Positions 9,205 through 17,015 of a DNA stretch of 64,000 bases are shown in pieces. The position numbers were made by a program, and so were the translations under genes. The stretch covers positions 235,415 to 299,414 of the forward strand of contig CAXXFK010000015.1 of the NCBI GenBank assembly GCA_963663965.2. The letters are read 5' to 3'. The stretch is from Sedimentisphaerales bacterium. Its GTDB lineage: Bacteria; Planctomycetota; Phycisphaerae; Sedimentisphaerales; SM23-30. The notes below the pieces were generated by a model. It saw only the letters and a list, made by a program, of their open reading frames with translations. It did no database searches and was not told the DNA's origin. How positions within the stretch are numbered: the stretch's first letter is position 1; the number at the start of each line of letters is the position of its first letter.

Positions 9205-9518
9205 CAGTCCACATGTATCCAACTTGAGCTTCTTAAAGAGGGGTATTTTGTTTTTTTAAAAATCAACTCCTCGCACACGAATAAGGGTCACGATAAGTGT
9301 ACGAAATATAAAGTTTATTAGTGTGGTTATTTAATTGTGTAAGAACGTAAGAAATGCGTAAGAAGTCTAAATTTCATTCTTTCTTACACCTTAAATGTAG
9401 TATATATATGTATTTAGAAGACATGTAAGAATGTAAGAAGTCAAAAAGACCAAAATTCAATTTTAAAAAAACAAAATACCCCCCTTTAAGAAGCCCAAGT
9501 TATGATACATGTGGGCTG
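9205..9518. repeat. ~58-bp inverted repeats around an AT-rich core with GTAAGAA repeats; putative replication origin
   Basis: 9205-9262 matches the reverse complement of 9461-9518; GTAAGAA at 9339, 9347, 9358, 9425, 9433 and inverted at 9381. Confidence 0.75.
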
Positions 9519-9546
9519 ACCAAATGTGGGCATATCTTTGCATTGG

Positions 9547-9963
9547 TCATCTCACAATAAAGCAAGGCTCAACGCTCATCATCGCAGACCAGAGAACGTT
9601 GGTTCTCTCACCGTAGTCATAGCGTGACTTCATGCCGGTCAGAGACCGCAGGGCATATTTGACCACCTGCAAGTCTTTGTGTTCCCCATAGGATTGAATG
9701 GCCTTGTTGAGATTAGCTAGGGCCTTGGCCCATTGATCATCGGTGATGTGTGGCTGGCCCGGCTGCATCTTGCTGACTGAGTTGTCTATCTCGTCCAGCA
9801 ATCTCTCAGGCAGGCCATTGGGCAGAGGAACAAAAACAGCAGTGTTGTCTGTGAGACGATAAACCCAACCGCCAATCACCCTGCTTATAGCTGTGTCGTA
9901 TTCGGTAAAAATAGTTTGGTGTAAGTCCATTTCACACAACTGTTTCGGTGTTATTTTAGCCAT
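9547..9963 (-). CDS. Hypothetical phage protein
   Basis: 138-aa ORF with RBS, co-oriented with neighbours. Confidence 0.65.
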   Translation of the reverse strand: MAKITPKQLCEMDLHQTIFTEYDTAISRVIGGWVYRLTDNTAVFVPLPNGLPERLLDEIDNSVSKMQPGQPHITDDQWAKALANLNKAIQSYGEHKDLQVVKYALRSLTGMKSRYDYGERTNVLWSAMMSVEPCFIVR

Positions 9964-9997
9964 AATTTTCTCACTTTCTGTGGTGTGTGTTAAAATC

Positions 9998-10021
9998 TTG
10001 ACACTTATCGATAAGTGTCAA
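9998..10021. promoter_or_regulatory. Perfect 24-bp palindrome carrying TTGACA on both strands
   Basis: TTGACACTTATCGATAAGTGTCAA. Confidence 0.75.
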
Positions 10022-10037
10022 TGTTTTGCGTTGCCCA

Positions 10038-10361
10038 TTATTCAGGCTCAACTTCTTCAGATATGTCAAAACCGAGCTTCGCATATATTTCGTGACCGTC
10101 CACATAGCATTCCCCCAGATACTCTTCATAAATCATCGGATCAGGTATCCCGATTTTTTTCAGAAGCTCATAAAACACTGCGTCCGGGTTAGAGGTCCAG
10201 TCATCGACATACTCGTTGTTGATCAGAATCGGCCTGTCGTCCTGCGTGAACAAATCAAGGCCGATGGCTTCCAGAATCTCATCGATCAACTCAGACTTGT
10301 CCGGGTGATCGGCCCTCATTTTAGTGGTATTATAGGCCCGCATGTCTATGGAAAGTCCCAT
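10038..10361 (-). CDS. Hypothetical acidic phage protein
   Basis: 107-aa ORF abutting the upstream gene. Confidence 0.6.
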   Translation of the reverse strand: MGLSIDMRAYNTTKMRADHPDKSELIDEILEAIGLDLFTQDDRPILINNEYVDDWTSNPDAVFYELLKKIGIPDPMIYEEYLGECYVDGHEIYAKLGFDISEEVEPE

Positions 10362-10364
10362 TAT

Positions 10365-10733
10365 TCAGCCTCGCTTTCCTGTTTTGGATTTTATGGTCCG
10401 TTTTCTTCTGTGCTTCACATCAATGTCACCACCACAGTGTTTGCAGAGTTTATTGGTTCTTGCACAGACATCGCATAATTTATCGGTGCATGTGTTACCG
10501 AAGACCATGGGTTCACCACATAGGGCACATTCCACTTCAGTTATAACCGAGCCACCAATCCGGGTTCCATAGTAGTAGCATACTGGGCACTCATTTCTCT
10601 GGTGTCTTGAATCTTTATGTTGGTCATCTGTGAAACATTTAGCCCTTTTGATAGTATGGTCCATAATGTCTCGTGCGTGTTGTGTATCAAATTCAATAGT
10701 TGCTAGGTTAATTTGTATTTTTCTTGCTCTCAT
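10365..10733 (-). CDS. Cys-rich zinc-finger phage protein
   Basis: CPVC, CALC, CDVC, CKHC; RBS GAAAGCGAGG. Confidence 0.7.
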   Translation of the reverse strand: MRARKIQINLATIEFDTQHARDIMDHTIKRAKCFTDDQHKDSRHQRNECPVCYYYGTRIGGSVITEVECALCGEPMVFGNTCTDKLCDVCARTNKLCKHCGGDIDVKHRRKRTIKSKTGKRG

Positions 10734-10751
10734 TGAATCGCCTCGCTTTCT

Positions 10752-11068
10752 TCAAGCGTCTGGGTATCGCTTTGATAGCTTGTTCAGATTTGTCTTGAGA
10801 ATATCTTCGAGCCAGTTCCCAAGCGAATCGATCCCAACTGACTGATACCATTCAATTCCCCAAGTTCTTCCCGCAGGTTTGTCCGGTCAATTTCTTTGCC
10901 ATAAAAAATATGTCTTTTGAGTTGATCCAGAAACTCAGCGGCCTCGGTACATAAACCCATGCCCACATGCAGGAGCCGGGCTAAGTATGGGTCAGACAGT
11001 CGCTTGACTATCTCTGAATAGTCAGGCTCAAGCCTTTTTATTGCGTCGATGTAAGCTTTGTGATCCAT
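10752..11068 (-). pseudogene. MazG-like NTP pyrophosphohydrolase, frameshifted near 10856
   Basis: GLCTEAAEFLDQLKRHIFYG...EELG, then alternate frame IEWYQSVG...NLNKLSKRYPD. Confidence 0.75.
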
Positions 11069-11073
11069 TTTGT

Positions 11074-11541
11074 TTACATCCTCTCTTTGATTGCAAAAGG
11101 TTCATCGGTCAAATACTGTGGGCTAGAATGAATGTCTCCAATCACATTACATTTCTTAAAAAGATGTGCAAGAATGATCTGCCCGTCTTTTGCTTCAGCA
11201 ACAAACTGGCCTTGCCTGTATCGCACAGCAAAGGGCTTAGGTAGGGTGGACCCTTCAAGAGTGATGTTAAAATTAATAAGAATGTCACCCTCAAACACTA
11301 ATTCACCATTAAGAGAAACCTCCCCGGTGCATTGCTCGCTATTGTCGTGAGCTTCCCAAAGGGTTATAGTGTTTCCGGTTGTAGGACCATAGTAGCTCTT
11401 CTCGTTCACAAATCCCCAGTAGGCGAAGCGGTGGAATTTGCCGTCAACATAGATTGCTTGTCGGAACTTGATCCGGGTATAGAGCCTTCTCTGTATTTCC
11501 AATGCTTCCTGTTTATCCATTTTGTTTGCTCGCTTTCTCAT
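11074..11541 (-). CDS. YopX-like phage protein
   Basis: IKFRQ...QCTG...NGELVFEGDI...VIGDIH. Confidence 0.7.
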   Translation of the reverse strand: MRKRANKMDKQEALEIQRRLYTRIKFRQAIYVDGKFHRFAYWGFVNEKSYYGPTTGNTITLWEAHDNSEQCTGEVSLNGELVFEGDILINFNITLEGSTLPKPFAVRYRQGQFVAEAKDGQIILAHLFKKCNVIGDIHSSPQYLTDEPFAIKERM

Positions 11542-11795
11542 GCTGGAACTGGCAACCAGTCCACATACTCAATATCGTGTGTATATCGTTTATCGTTCAC
11601 CACAGTGTGAATTGCCGTACCATTATTTATTACTCTGAAGTCATAATAGGGATCGTCTTTGAATTTAAAACGTATCAGGATCGGGCCGCAGTGTGTTGGG
11701 GGCTCGTGGTCCAGCCTTCGCCATCGTACAGCGTCCCGATATTTAGCAATCTTCATCGATAGCCTTGAAATAGTCTGATCACAGTTGTAAGCCAT
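11538..11795 (-). CDS. Hypothetical phage protein
   Basis: 85 aa ending WLPVP; RBS; overlaps next start. Confidence 0.6.
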   Translation of the reverse strand: MAYNCDQTISRLSMKIAKYRDAVRWRRLDHEPPTHCGPILIRFKFKDDPYYDFRVINNGTAIHTVVNDKRYTHDIEYVDWLPVPA

Positions 11796-11797
11796 TG

Positions 11798-11911
11798 TTA
11801 TGATCCTCGCTTTCTTTCGTCTCTTTTGACCTCGATATAAACCACTGCATAAAAGCCGAGCATAATGAGCCCAAAAACCAGAGACAAAATCAAAATAATA
11901 TAGTCAAGCAT
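11798..11911 (-). CDS. 37-aa single-TM microprotein (absent from ORF track)
   Basis: MLDYIILILSLVFGLIMLGFYAVVYIEVKRDERKRGS; RBS GAAAGTGAGG. Confidence 0.55.
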   Translation of the reverse strand: MLDYIILILSLVFGLIMLGFYAVVYIEVKRDERKRGS

Positions 11912-12024
11912 CGTGTTATGATCCTCACTTTCTGACTTTTTAGATTAGCCGCCCGGTGGTAGAGGTCCGGGCGGCTTGTTCAACATATTGCCATATTGTG
12001 ATTTCTATCAGACTCGTCTGTTTG

Positions 12025-12261
12025 TCACGAGCCGCTGGTAGAATTTATTTCATTTTTACCCCCATTCTGGCTTGCTTGCTGGTGCAACTTGCGTGCAACG
12101 ATTAAGTCACGAAGCCGCCTGCTTAATCTGCATTGTTTCTGTTGGATCAGTTCATACTCCCGGTCAATGTCGATCCCTTCCAAGGGGTCTTTGATTTTTC
12201 GATACACAGCCGGGGCATGTTTACGAGTTATTTCTTTAAGCATGTGTAATGTTTCAATCAT
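12025..12261 (-). CDS. Hypothetical phage protein
   Basis: 78-aa ORF, co-oriented. Confidence 0.55.
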   Translation of the reverse strand: MIETLHMLKEITRKHAPAVYRKIKDPLEGIDIDREYELIQQKQCRLSRRLRDLIVARKLHQQASQNGGKNEINSTSGS

Positions 12262-12287
12262 CGGGATTTGCTCTCTCTTAAAAAAGA

Positions 12288-12722
12288 TTAGTTGTCAAAC
12301 CAGAATACACAGCGAACCCGCTCAACCGGGGTCCGGTCGATGACTTCCTCACTGTAAACAGCACTACCAAACATATACCCAAACATCTGGTCAAAGCTCC
12401 TGTCAGCATGAAACGGAGTTTCCCATCGATAAGGAGGAAAGGTCTTGTACCACTCAGACAGTGACTCAAGCTCGGGCCTTGACAGCCAACTGACCGAGTG
12501 TGCATCAACTCCCCAGTTAGCCAGCTCAGCTTGCGTTACTGCTGAAATGTCTGTCGGCGGTCCCTTGGGTGGAGAAATTGGCTCAATAGTGCGTCCAGAG
12601 TCATTTCTTACCCCGGCCATTTTCGCAAACAACCAGTAGTCCCGGCTGATTTGAAGTCTGTTATAAGCGTGCCAAACCCCATTAAGTTTCACTTCAATAA
12701 ATCCGTAAATATCACATCCCAT
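12288..12722 (-). CDS. Conserved-type hypothetical phage protein
   Basis: MGCDI...RDYWLFAKMAGVRN...HSVSWL...VFWFDN pattern; RBS CAGGAG. Confidence 0.7.
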   Translation of the reverse strand: MGCDIYGFIEVKLNGVWHAYNRLQISRDYWLFAKMAGVRNDSGRTIEPISPPKGPPTDISAVTQAELANWGVDAHSVSWLSRPELESLSEWYKTFPPYRWETPFHADRSFDQMFGYMFGSAVYSEEVIDRTPVERVRCVFWFDN

Positions 12723-12796
12723 GATTAATCTCCTGTATTAGAGTCAAAAGTTAAAGGACGTTCAGTCTCTTACTGAGCGTCCGGTCAATCGGTTTA

Positions 12797-13375
12797 TTAG
12801 TTGAAAGCCAAATCGGAGAGGATGTCAGGATTTCCTGAAATAGCGCAGTGATAAACATTCAGAGCAACTATCGCCTCAGCGGCATCACGCACGATGCTCA
12901 AAAAATCGCCAAAGTTATCAGAGTCAACTTTAAATTCAAAAACGCCCGTCCCGCCTTTTCCGCCCTTGGCTTCGGCTGTGAAGACTTGAAGTGTTTTTGC
13001 GGCAAAAATTTTATACAAAAAGGTCAAGCGGGCAAAGTCTTTGGATTTGAGCTTGCAACAGTCGTCGCACTTAGAAATATGGCCATCGACCTCTTTCATC
13101 ATGCACAAATAAATATCAAAGGTTGATATGCCCATATGTTTAGTGATCTGCCGTGAGACGATCATAAAGGCTGTCTCGTTCTTAGAATAAAATCCCTTGA
13201 GGTACTCTTCTGAGGACAACCCCGGATTTGGGACATTTCCGTCTTCAGCCGTAAGAGACATGAAGGCTAGAATGTCGCCAATTAGATTGTCGACCATGAT
13301 GACATCTTTGGAGTTGAGTTTTTGTTCTGATGGGCCCGAGGTGTTTTTGTCCGAACAGTTTGCATTTGCAACCAT
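12797..13375 (-). CDS. Hypothetical moron-like protein with its own promoter and downstream hairpin
   Basis: 192 aa; promoter 13421-13454; hairpin GGACGTTCAG/CTGAGCGTCC at ~12756-12782. Confidence 0.65.
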   Translation of the reverse strand: MVANANCSDKNTSGPSEQKLNSKDVIMVDNLIGDILAFMSLTAEDGNVPNPGLSSEEYLKGFYSKNETAFMIVSRQITKHMGISTFDIYLCMMKEVDGHISKCDDCCKLKSKDFARLTFLYKIFAAKTLQVFTAEAKGGKGGTGVFEFKVDSDNFGDFLSIVRDAAEAIVALNVYHCAISGNPDILSDLAFN

Positions 13376-13420
13376 AAGTTGTCTCCTTGTTTTAGTGGTG
13401 TGTGAAATAATTTAAATCTA

Positions 13421-13454
13421 AACGAAGCCTATCACAGCAAACAAAAAAGGTCAA
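13421..13454 (-). promoter_or_regulatory. sigma70-type promoter, shared phage motif copy 3
   Basis: TTGACC-17-TAGGCT within CTGTGATAGGCTTCGT. Confidence 0.7.
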
Positions 13455-13477
13455 TCGTAAATTCTAAAATTTTATAA

Positions 13478-13666
13478 TTAATTTTCCCTTTTGTCCGCTT
13501 CTTTAGTTCTGCTATCGAGTCGCTTGATTTCGTCTTCAGTGTAGCCATGCTCAAGTTGCCAACTTTCGTTGTACCTGTAGTAACACTTATTGCAAATCCG
13601 TGAACGTGCTCTAGTGAGCTTCCCGCAACAGATACAGTCGTTTAATTCTGGTCTAGGCTTTGACAT
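13478..13666 (-). CDS. Small Cys-rich phage protein
   Basis: CICC...CNKC. Confidence 0.55.
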   Translation of the reverse strand: MSKPRPELNDCICCGKLTRARSRICNKCYYRYNESWQLEHGYTEDEIKRLDSRTKEADKREN

Positions 13667-13976
13667 GATGGGTTATGATCCGTGAGTAATGTTTTTCTAC
13701 ATCATCGAGGTTATAGCAGATACAAGCATAGCCGCCTGTATCCAGAATAGTATTAATCATGTGAGATTGAAGTTGAGTAGGCCGGTTATTGCCTATTTTT
13801 AATTCGATTCCCACAAAAACGCCCTGAATGTGGCCGATTAAATCCGGGATCCCGGATTGTTGATACTGCCCTCCGTGGACCTTGAAGAAAAAGCAACCTG
13901 GCTGGCTGTTTAACCAGCCCAGTGCCGCTCTCATAAGGTCAGACTCTTTCTTCCAGACCTTACTCTTTTTCGTCAT
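13653..13976 (-). CDS. VRR-NUC domain nuclease
   Basis: KESDL...GIPDL...GIELK...PTQLQ. Confidence 0.85.
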   Translation of the reverse strand: MTKKSKVWKKESDLMRAALGWLNSQPGCFFFKVHGGQYQQSGIPDLIGHIQGVFVGIELKIGNNRPTQLQSHMINTILDTGGYACICYNLDDVEKHYSRIITHHVKA

Positions 13977-14184
13977 CGTCAGGCCCTCTATAGTCGTCAA
14001 TGTCATCAAACAATGTGCCTTCCAACGGGGTAATAGTGATTTTTACCCGTGATCCGGTAACAATGAGTTCGTCCAGCAGTTCCAAGTCAGAGCCTTCGAT
14101 GGTACATGGCTTGATCTGGATTGCCCGGCCTGTGTTGGACGAACTGGTTGTTTTGATCTTGGCTTCCTTGATAGTTACTTTCAT
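13960..14184 (-). CDS. Hypothetical phage protein
   Basis: 74 aa; RBS CAGGAG. Confidence 0.6.
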   Translation of the reverse strand: MKVTIKEAKIKTTSSSNTGRAIQIKPCTIEGSDLELLDELIVTGSRVKITITPLEGTLFDDIDDYRGPDDDEKE

Positions 14185-14213
14185 TTTTTGTACTCCTGTT
14201 TAAAATGGGTTAA

Positions 14214-15080
14214 TTAGTCAGATACAAACTGACGAGTTGATTTGTCGCTTCTGAGGATTGATTCAAAATAACCGTATTTGCAGTTTTTTGCGTTCCTGAG
14301 AGATAGGTCAGAAACTTCGTAAGCATGAATTACCGGGATTTGGCGTTTAGTTGCGAAGGCTACTTCAATGTCCACGCCTTCAGATACCCCCGGAGGGGTG
14401 TCGGCAACAATCAAGTCACAAATACTGATAATTTCACAGTCAAGGTCCAGTATTTCACCGGCTGTCATTAGCCCGGCCCGGTAAGCGTTGCGCATGGCAG
14501 GCTCGAACTTATGAGGGACGTACATACGGACTGGTCTTTTAAAAACACGTTCAAGTTCCTGTTGAATGGCCAGTGATCGTTTGAGTCCCCGGTTGTTGTT
14601 GGCGTTTAACTGTTCGTCAGTCACTTTGTCGCCGTGTTCACCCCGCATAGAAGCCGAGTAATACACACTGATGGGTCTGGGGTCGTGTTTTGAAGTCGTC
14701 GCCTCCACAGGGGTTCCAGAAGCCCCAGAAGCACTCGGGGATTTATGGCCTTTGTCGTCCGGGTTCTCGAAGTAGAGATAGCAAGCCATACTCAACCGGC
14801 ACAAGGCGTGAGTCAGGTCTTCTTCATTTGGGTTGTCCAGAAACTTATAAAGATGAACGAGGGCATGATCCAGATGTCCCCCGGTTCCATCCACACAGGT
14901 CAGGGCCACTTTGTGCCAGTTGTTCAGGGCATATTTTTTAGCCCCGTAAGTAAAAACTCTGGCCAGTGCCAGAGCCACTCCGGGCGGAACCGCTGTGGGC
15001 CACTCAGCCATTTCCGATCCCTGCCCGCCTCTGGCATTGGTCTCAACGGGTTCAGTTGTCATTGACTTAGGTGTGGTCAT
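14214..15080 (-). CDS. Fusion of a DUF5664 (dATP/dGTP diphosphohydrolase-like) domain and a nucleoside 2-deoxyribosyltransferase-like domain
   Basis: N-term ARVFTYGAKKY..NNW..HL..H...LTHALC; C-term VYYSAS...YVPH...DCEIISICDLIVA...SEGVDIEVAFA...IPV. Confidence 0.72.
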   Translation of the reverse strand: MTTPKSMTTEPVETNARGGQGSEMAEWPTAVPPGVALALARVFTYGAKKYALNNWHKVALTCVDGTGGHLDHALVHLYKFLDNPNEEDLTHALCRLSMACYLYFENPDDKGHKSPSASGASGTPVEATTSKHDPRPISVYYSASMRGEHGDKVTDEQLNANNNRGLKRSLAIQQELERVFKRPVRMYVPHKFEPAMRNAYRAGLMTAGEILDLDCEIISICDLIVADTPPGVSEGVDIEVAFATKRQIPVIHAYEVSDLSLRNAKNCKYGYFESILRSDKSTRQFVSD

Positions 15081-15106
15081 GTGGTGTGTTTCCTTTCTGT
15101 TTTGGT

Positions 15107-15406
15107 TTATAAATTAAAAGTTTCTTTATTGATTAGGTCTGCCAGTTTTTTGCGAAAACAGTTGGTAAGTCTGATTACAAGCTCGTCTTTTAATGCTCGT
15201 TCTTCAGGAATGCCAACCATGGCCATCAAGTGCGTATCAAGTCTGATGCGGATTGCGATCTCTTCCAACCGTTCTGTGTATGGGTTGACGTAGGAGCTAT
15301 ATTTGTAGCTTCTCATAATCCTGTCGCATAACTCTTCGATTTTAGCTGTGTTTTTTGATGTCATCGTTTCTCTCTTAAAAACTAAAAGTCCCGCCTGTGT
15401 TGCCAT
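15107..15406 (-). CDS. Hypothetical phage protein
   Basis: ORF between helicase and DUF5664 gene; start probably later (MTSKN). Confidence 0.5.
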   Translation of the reverse strand: MATQAGLLVFKRETMTSKNTAKIEELCDRIMRSYKYSSYVNPYTERLEEIAIRIRLDTHLMAMVGIPEERALKDELVIRLTNCFRKKLADLINKETFNL

Positions 15407-17015
15407 CGCAGAGATACAGAGTTTCTTTAGCTCTGGTCATTGCCACATAGAACGCCCTGATAATCGAATCCCGCAACTCCGGGTTCGTTCCCCGGTTCCA
15501 TGATTCCTGAGCCACTGGTGAGAGGTCAGGGGCCACATAGACCACGTCAGCCTCAGCCCCCTTGAATGAGTGAATAGTCCCGACATAGAGCTTTGGTTTT
15601 TGCTCATACACAGACAAGCCGTTGGCCTGAATTAGTTTAATGGGGTACTTGGTCTGCTTTAGCGAGGAAGATTTAACCTGTGACTGCCAATAGTTAATAA
15701 CCTCCCGCTGTTTGCCAGCCATGAGCAGTTCGCCATATTTCTTAATGGCCTCAAGATTGACAAACTCAAGTAATCCGGTCCAATTTGAGTTTGGGGGTAG
15801 TTCGTCGGCCTTCTTCTCTGCGTTGGATTTCTGTCCCTTGATAAAAATAGCCTCAGCCGACAAGGGGCCAGTCCACGCCATAAACTCTCTCACTGTCCAT
15901 GGCTCAGGATTTGGGTTAGAATCTGACCGGCACATTCTGAGAAGAGACAGAATCCTATGGTGCATTGATCTGCCGAGATTTTCATTAACCGGGTTCCATG
16001 TGTAGTTTGTTTTTCGCCATGGATTAGAGAAATATATCCCATATTCTCGAAGCTGTGTGATTAATTTGATAAGCATGTAGGAACAGGAGGCCATAATCAT
16101 TACAGACTTGCCATCGGCAAGGTGTTGCTGTGCCGATTTGATCATCCATTCAGGATCGGTGAAGGGAAAATTAAAACGAGACACTTTACCGTCGAAGTCT
16201 CTGGGCTTGTAGTCAATCGGGGAGTAGTTAGACAGTCTCTTTATCCACTCAATTGCCCGAGCGTGTACCGCCCTTGGAATACGCCAAGATTGCCCCAGAA
16301 CCCGCCTGTGATCGTCCGGGATAGCCGGGTCGTTCAATAGGTCAGGATCAGCCCCACGCCAAGAATAAAGCGATTGCCAACCATCGCCGCAAGCCATCAT
16401 TGCCCCCGCCTTTACTCCCCAGAATTTGAGTAAATCATACTCTAATTTTGAGAAGTCCTGAACTTCATCTGCGATGACTATATCAGGCTTGCCCATCGGC
16501 TCAATCCCCAGCGTGAGGCACTCTTCAATCATGTCCGTGAAGTCGAGGGAATTATTATCCAGCTTCCACTCAGTCCATTTTTTAGCAAACGATCTAACGT
16601 CCGCTGTCCACCATTCCTTGGGAGTGAGCTTGTGTCGATACAGAGAGTACTGATTATACAATCTGTCCCCAAGCCCACTTTTACTGGATTGCTGATCTAA
16701 GTTGTCACCGTCGATATTTGAGCCTTCATCTGTGAGAGCTAACGCAGGATAGTCTTTGTTCCATTGTTTAATTTTGACTAGTTTCTTATCATATCCAATG
16801 GCTCGATAAGCTAAGCTGTGAAGTGTCCCAACCATGGAGTCGGACACAGGCAGGTCACGGCTTGCGATCTCCCGAGCCGCTGTGGTAGTCAATGAGCAGA
16901 TTAATGGAGTCAAGCCCTTGTCGCATAGCTGATTGACTTGCTTGGCTAGAAAAGTCGTCTTGCCCGTTCCGGGCGGGCCGATGATCGAATAGAGTCCCTT
17001 ATATTCAGATTCCAT
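15375..17015 (-). CDS. UvrD/Rep-like SF1 helicase
   Basis: GPPGTGKT, TLHS, DEVQD, GD..QSLY.WRGA, TIHSFKGAE, YVAMTRA; start moved to MESEY. Confidence 0.9.
   Translation of the reverse strand: MESEYKGLYSIIGPPGTGKTTFLAKQVNQLCDKGLTPLICSLTTTAAREIASRDLPVSDSMVGTLHSLAYRAIGYDKKLVKIKQWNKDYPALALTDEGSNIDGDNLDQQSSKSGLGDRLYNQYSLYRHKLTPKEWWTADVRSFAKKWTEWKLDNNSLDFTDMIEECLTLGIEPMGKPDIVIADEVQDFSKLEYDLLKFWGVKAGAMMACGDGWQSLYSWRGADPDLLNDPAIPDDHRRVLGQSWRIPRAVHARAIEWIKRLSNYSPIDYKPRDFDGKVSRFNFPFTDPEWMIKSAQQHLADGKSVMIMASCSYMLIKLITQLREYGIYFSNPWRKTNYTWNPVNENLGRSMHHRILSLLRMCRSDSNPNPEPWTVREFMAWTGPLSAEAIFIKGQKSNAEKKADELPPNSNWTGLLEFVNLEAIKKYGELLMAGKQREVINYWQSQVKSSSLKQTKYPIKLIQANGLSVYEQKPKLYVGTIHSFKGAEADVVYVAPDLSPVAQESWNRGTNPELRDSIIRAFYVAMTRAKETLYLCDGNTGGTFSF

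Noticed and set aside
14214..15080. Z-genome (diaminopurine) or 7-deazaguanine pathway
   Set aside because: No PurZ, DNA polymerase, DpdA or Que/FolE homologues are visible in the window.
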